NCBI GenBank assembly: GCA_039817415.1
Contig: JBCBVV010000006.1
Coordinates: forward strand, 19,065-83,064
DNA: 64,000 nucleotides
DNA from: Bacteroidota bacterium
Lineage (GTDB): Bacteria; Bacteroidota; Bacteroidia; J057
Direction of reading: 5' to 3'
Shown: positions 60,921 through 64,000 of the stretch, in pieces
How the letters are laid out: each line of letters opens with the position of its first letter
How positions within the stretch are numbered: position 1 is the first letter of the stretch
Program-made: the position numbers and the translations under genes
Notes under the pieces: generated by a model
Database searches by the model: none
The model's input: only the letters and a program-made list of their open reading frames with translations
What the model was told of the DNA's origin: nothing

Positions 60921-61562
60921 TTACTTCTCGATTATAACGTAGGCTCCTTTGTGTCCTGGTACAGAACCAGAAACTACGAGGAGATTCTTTTCTGGAATTA
61001 CCTTCAAAACTTTCAAGTTTTGAACTTTTACGCGGCTGTTACCAGTACGGCCACCCATTCTCATTCCCTTAAATACACGGGAAGGGGTAGAAGCGTTACC
61101 GATAGATCCTGGAGCACGCTCTCTGTTGTGCTGACCGTGTGTACGGCCACCTACACCTGCAAATCCGTGTCTTTTCACTACCCCTTGGAAACCTTTACCT
61201 TTTGAGATTCCCACTACGTCTACAAAATCTCCTTCTTCGAAGATGTCAACGCTTACGGTATCTCCTAGGTTCAGCTCAAGATTGTCGGAGGAGAAGTCAA
61301 ACTCTACCAACTTTCTTTTGGGAGTTGTTCCGGATTTATCGAAATGGCCCTTCAAGGGCTTAGGTGTATTCTTTTCTTTGCGTTCGTCAAAGGCCAGCTG
61401 GATCGCGTCATAGCCATCGCACTTGCCATTGTCCCTTGGCTCAGCAGATTTAATCTGAGTAACCACATTGGGCTCGGCGTATATAAGGGTGCAGGCGATG
61501 TTCTTGCGATTTTCGTCGAAAATGCTGGTCATCCCTACTTTCTTACCTATGATTCCTGCCAT
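60921..61562 (-). CDS. rplC: 50S ribosomal protein L3
   Basis: [15 protein letters not shown] and [13 protein letters not shown] are present. Confidence 0.98.
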   Translation of the reverse strand: MAGIIGKKVGMTSIFDENRKNIACTLIYAEPNVVTQIKSAEPRDNGKCDGYDAIQLAFDERKEKNTPKPLKGHFDKSGTTPKRKLVEFDFSSDNLELNLGDTVSVDIFEEGDFVDVVGISKGKGFQGVVKRHGFAGVGGRTHGQHNRERAPGSIGNASTPSRVFKGMRMGGRTGNSRVKVQNLKVLKVIPEKNLLVVSGSVPGHKGAYVIIEK

Positions 61563-61680
61563 CTTTTTTGGGATTAATAATTTCTAAATTCTCGAACCAC
61601 ATTTTCTAGGACAGGGTGCTCCGGCTTTTCATGGCCGGAGCACATTTTTTTCCCAGAAAAATCGTGTTCAACCAGTGGTC

Positions 61681-61986
61681 TCACACTTTGATTTCAACAT
61701 CCACTCCACTAGGGAGTTCCAATTTCATCAGTACATCGACGGTCTTGGAGCTTGAGCTAAAGATGTCGATCAATCTCTTGTAAGAACTAATCTCAAACTG
61801 CTCTCGTGATTTTTTATTCACGTGTGGAGAGCGGTTCACTGTAATGATAGAACGTTCTGTTGGTAACGGGATCGGTCCACTCACGATGGCGCCGGTGGAC
61901 TTCACCGTACGTACGATCTTCTCGGCAGACTTATCTACCAGATTGTGATCATACGATTTCAGTTTAATTCGAATCTTCTGGGTCAT
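61681..61986 (-). CDS. rpsJ: 30S ribosomal protein S10
   Basis: [15 protein letters not shown] and [13 protein letters not shown] are present. Confidence 0.98.
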   Translation of the reverse strand: MTQKIRIKLKSYDHNLVDKSAEKIVRTVKSTGAIVSGPIPLPTERSIITVNRSPHVNKKSREQFEISSYKRLIDIFSSSSKTVDVLMKLELPSGVDVEIKV

Positions 61987-62034
61987 TTTCTTTTCAGATT
62001 AGAGCCAAACGGCTCAGATGACTTATATCTTCAA

Positions 62035-64000
62035 TTAGGCGCCTTTGATTTTGGCGACTACTTCCTCCTGAATATTACGTGGAGTTGGATCGTAGTGAGA
62101 AAACTGCATGGTAGAGTTGGCACGACCAGAAGAGATCGTACGAAGGTCAGTTACATAACCGAACAACTCTGAAAGTGGAACCATAGCCTTAACGACTTTG
62201 GAGTTTCCACGGTCTCCCATGTTCTCGATTTTTCCACGACGACGGTTCATATCTCCTACTACATTACCCATGAATTCCTCAGGAGTAACTACCTCAACAG
62301 CCATGATTGGCTCCATCAGTACAGGATTACACTTCGGTGCAGCAGCTTTGAAACCAAGCTTCGCGGCCTGCTCGAAAGACAGCTGATCGGAGTCAACCTG
62401 GTGGAATGATCCAAAGAAGAGTCTAATTTTCATAGGCTCCATTGGGTATCCAGCCAGCACACCTTCATTCATCACTTGCTTGAAGCCTTTCTGAACAGAT
62501 GGGATAAATTCCTTAGGAATCGCACCACCTTTCACTTCGTCAACAAATACAAGATCTTGTCCTTCTTCGATGTCATCACCAGCAGGTCCAATTTCGAACT
62601 GAATGTCCGCGAATTTACCACGACCACCGGTCTGCTTCTTATATGTTTCGCGGTGCTCAGTGTTAGTAGTAAGGGCCTCACGGTAAGATACCATTGGGGC
62701 ACCCTGGTTTACTTCCACTTTGAACTCACGACGTAGACGGTCAACGATGATCTCAAGGTGAAGCTCACCCATACCAGCGATAATAGTCTGTCCAGTTTCT
62801 TCATCAGTGCTTACGTTGAAGGTTGGATCCTCCTCAGAAAGCTTGGCAAGTCCTACACCTAGTTTGTCCTGGTCTTTCTGCGTCTTAGGCTCAATTGCCA
62901 GACGGATTACTGGATCAGGGAAGTCCATTGACTCAAGTGTCAGCGGATTGTCAATATCGGTCAGGGTATCACCTGTCTTAATGTTCTTGAAGCCAACTCC
63001 GGCTGCAATATCACCTGCTTCTACCTTTTCGATTTGCTCCTGCTTATTGGAGTGCATCTGAAGGATACGAGAGATACGTTCTTTTTTACCTGTACGGTTG
63101 TTCAAAATGTAAGAACCACCATTTAAGGTACCAGAGTAACAGCGGAAGAAGCACAAACGACCTACGTAAGGGTCAGTTGCAATCTTAAATGCCAAGGCTG
63201 CAAAAGGTCCATCTTTGTCTGCCGTTCTCTGCTCAGTCTCTCCTGTTTCAGGATTTACCCCTTCGATAGGAGGCATATCCAATGGAGAAGGAAGCAGGTA
63301 ACATACAGCATCAAGAACAGCCTGTACACCTTTGTTTTTGAAGGCAGATCCACACATCATAGGTAGGATTGCCATGTCCTGTACGGCAGAACGAAGGGCG
63401 TTGATGATTTCCTCACGAGTAATGCTGTCGGGATCCTCGAAGAATTTCTCCATGATCTCTTCATCATACTCAGCTACAGCTTCGACCATCTTTTCTCTCC
63501 ACTCAGCTACAGTATCTACTAAATCTTCAGGAATGGGTACTTCTTCGTAAGTCATACCGAAGTCATCCTCATTCCAGATAATAGCTTTGTTGTCGATCAA
63601 GTCTACAACTCCTTTGAACTCCTGCTCAGCACCGATAGGTACCTGAATAGGAACTGCGTTACCGCTAAGCATATCGTTGATCTGCTTAACAACCTCAAAG
63701 AAATCTGCACCTGAACGGTCCATTTTATTCACAAACCCGATACGGGGTACGTGGTATTTTTCAGCTTGGCGCCAAACTGTCTCTGACTGAGGCTCAACCC
63801 CGGATACAGCACAGTATAGCATTACAGCACCATCTAATACACGTAGGGAACGCTCTACCTCTACGGTAAAGTCCACGTGACCAGGAGTATCAATGATATT
63901 GATACGGTGTTGCTTGTCCTCGAAATTCCAGAAACAAGTAGTTGCCGCAGATGTAATCGTAATACCACGCTCCTGCTCCTGCTCCATCCAGTCCATAGTG
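62035..64000 (-). CDS. fusA: Elongation factor G (3' part only; the N-terminus lies beyond the window end)
   Basis: The frame is open to the window edge. It reads ...[30 protein letters not shown] and NKMDR, and domains II-V are present. Confidence 0.97.
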   Translation of the reverse strand, partial: TMDWMEQEQERGITITSAATTCFWNFEDKQHRINIIDTPGHVDFTVEVERSLRVLDGAVMLYCAVSGVEPQSETVWRQAEKYHVPRIGFVNKMDRSGADFFEVVKQINDMLSGNAVPIQVPIGAEQEFKGVVDLIDNKAIIWNEDDFGMTYEEVPIPEDLVDTVAEWREKMVEAVAEYDEEIMEKFFEDPDSITREEIINALRSAVQDMAILPMMCGSAFKNKGVQAVLDAVCYLLPSPLDMPPIEGVNPETGETEQRTADKDGPFAALAFKIATDPYVGRLCFFRCYSGTLNGGSYILNNRTGKKERISRILQMHSNKQEQIEKVEAGDIAAGVGFKNIKTGDTLTDIDNPLTLESMDFPDPVIRLAIEPKTQKDQDKLGVGLAKLSEEDPTFNVSTDEETGQTIIAGMGELHLEIIVDRLRREFKVEVNQGAPMVSYREALTTNTEHRETYKKQTGGRGKFADIQFEIGPAGDDIEEGQDLVFVDEVKGGAIPKEFIPSVQKGFKQVMNEGVLAGYPMEPMKIRLFFGSFHQVDSDQLSFEQAAKLGFKAAAPKCNPVLMEPIMAVEVVTPEEFMGNVVGDMNRRRGKIENMGDRGNSKVVKAMVPLSELFGYVTDLRTISSGRANSTMQFSHYDPTPRNIQEEVVAKIKGA

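Overview
This window is a chromosomal segment of a Bacteroidota-type genome. Three things support that placement: TTTG-N19/20-TAnnTTTG promoter boxes, the arrangement tRNA-Thr/Tyr/Gly/Thr-tuf-tRNA-Trp-secE-nusG-rplKAJL-rpoBC, and a mevalonate-pathway HMG-CoA reductase. About 60% of the window is core translation and transcription machinery, all on the minus strand. The str/S10/spc/alpha ribosomal cluster runs from fusA (3' part only) to rplQ at 46171-64000. The tRNA/tuf/secE/nusG/L11-L1-L10-L12/rpoB/rpoC cluster lies at 24944-38636. Between them sit lrp, trmD, a three-gene glycosylation-like insert, rplS, an unusual stand-alone tRNA-like RNA gene, one orphan ORF and a zinc metallopeptidase. 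The left 24 kb is mixed housekeeping and accessory: a vWA protein, an orphan NuoI-like ferredoxin, a UbiA prenyltransferase paired with a GT-C membrane protein, an iodotyrosine-deiodinase-like nitroreductase, a class III cyclase, htpG, HMG-CoA reductase, mtaB, a di-haem cytochrome c, pncA, lepB, coaX and birA. I saw no CRISPR array, rRNA, transposase, integrase or recognisable defence genes. The most unusual items are: (1) a tRNA-like gene at 43989-44094 with a non-canonical anticodon loop and a roughly 37-nt extra arm, carrying its own promoter and terminator; (2) a GT2 + methyltransferase + 726-aa polytopic membrane protein module wedged between trmD and rplS; (3) an L17 protein with a roughly 150-aa helix-hairpin-helix and acidic C-terminal extension, separated from rpoA by an intrinsic terminator. 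All functional calls come from reading motifs in the supplied translations. No database search was run.
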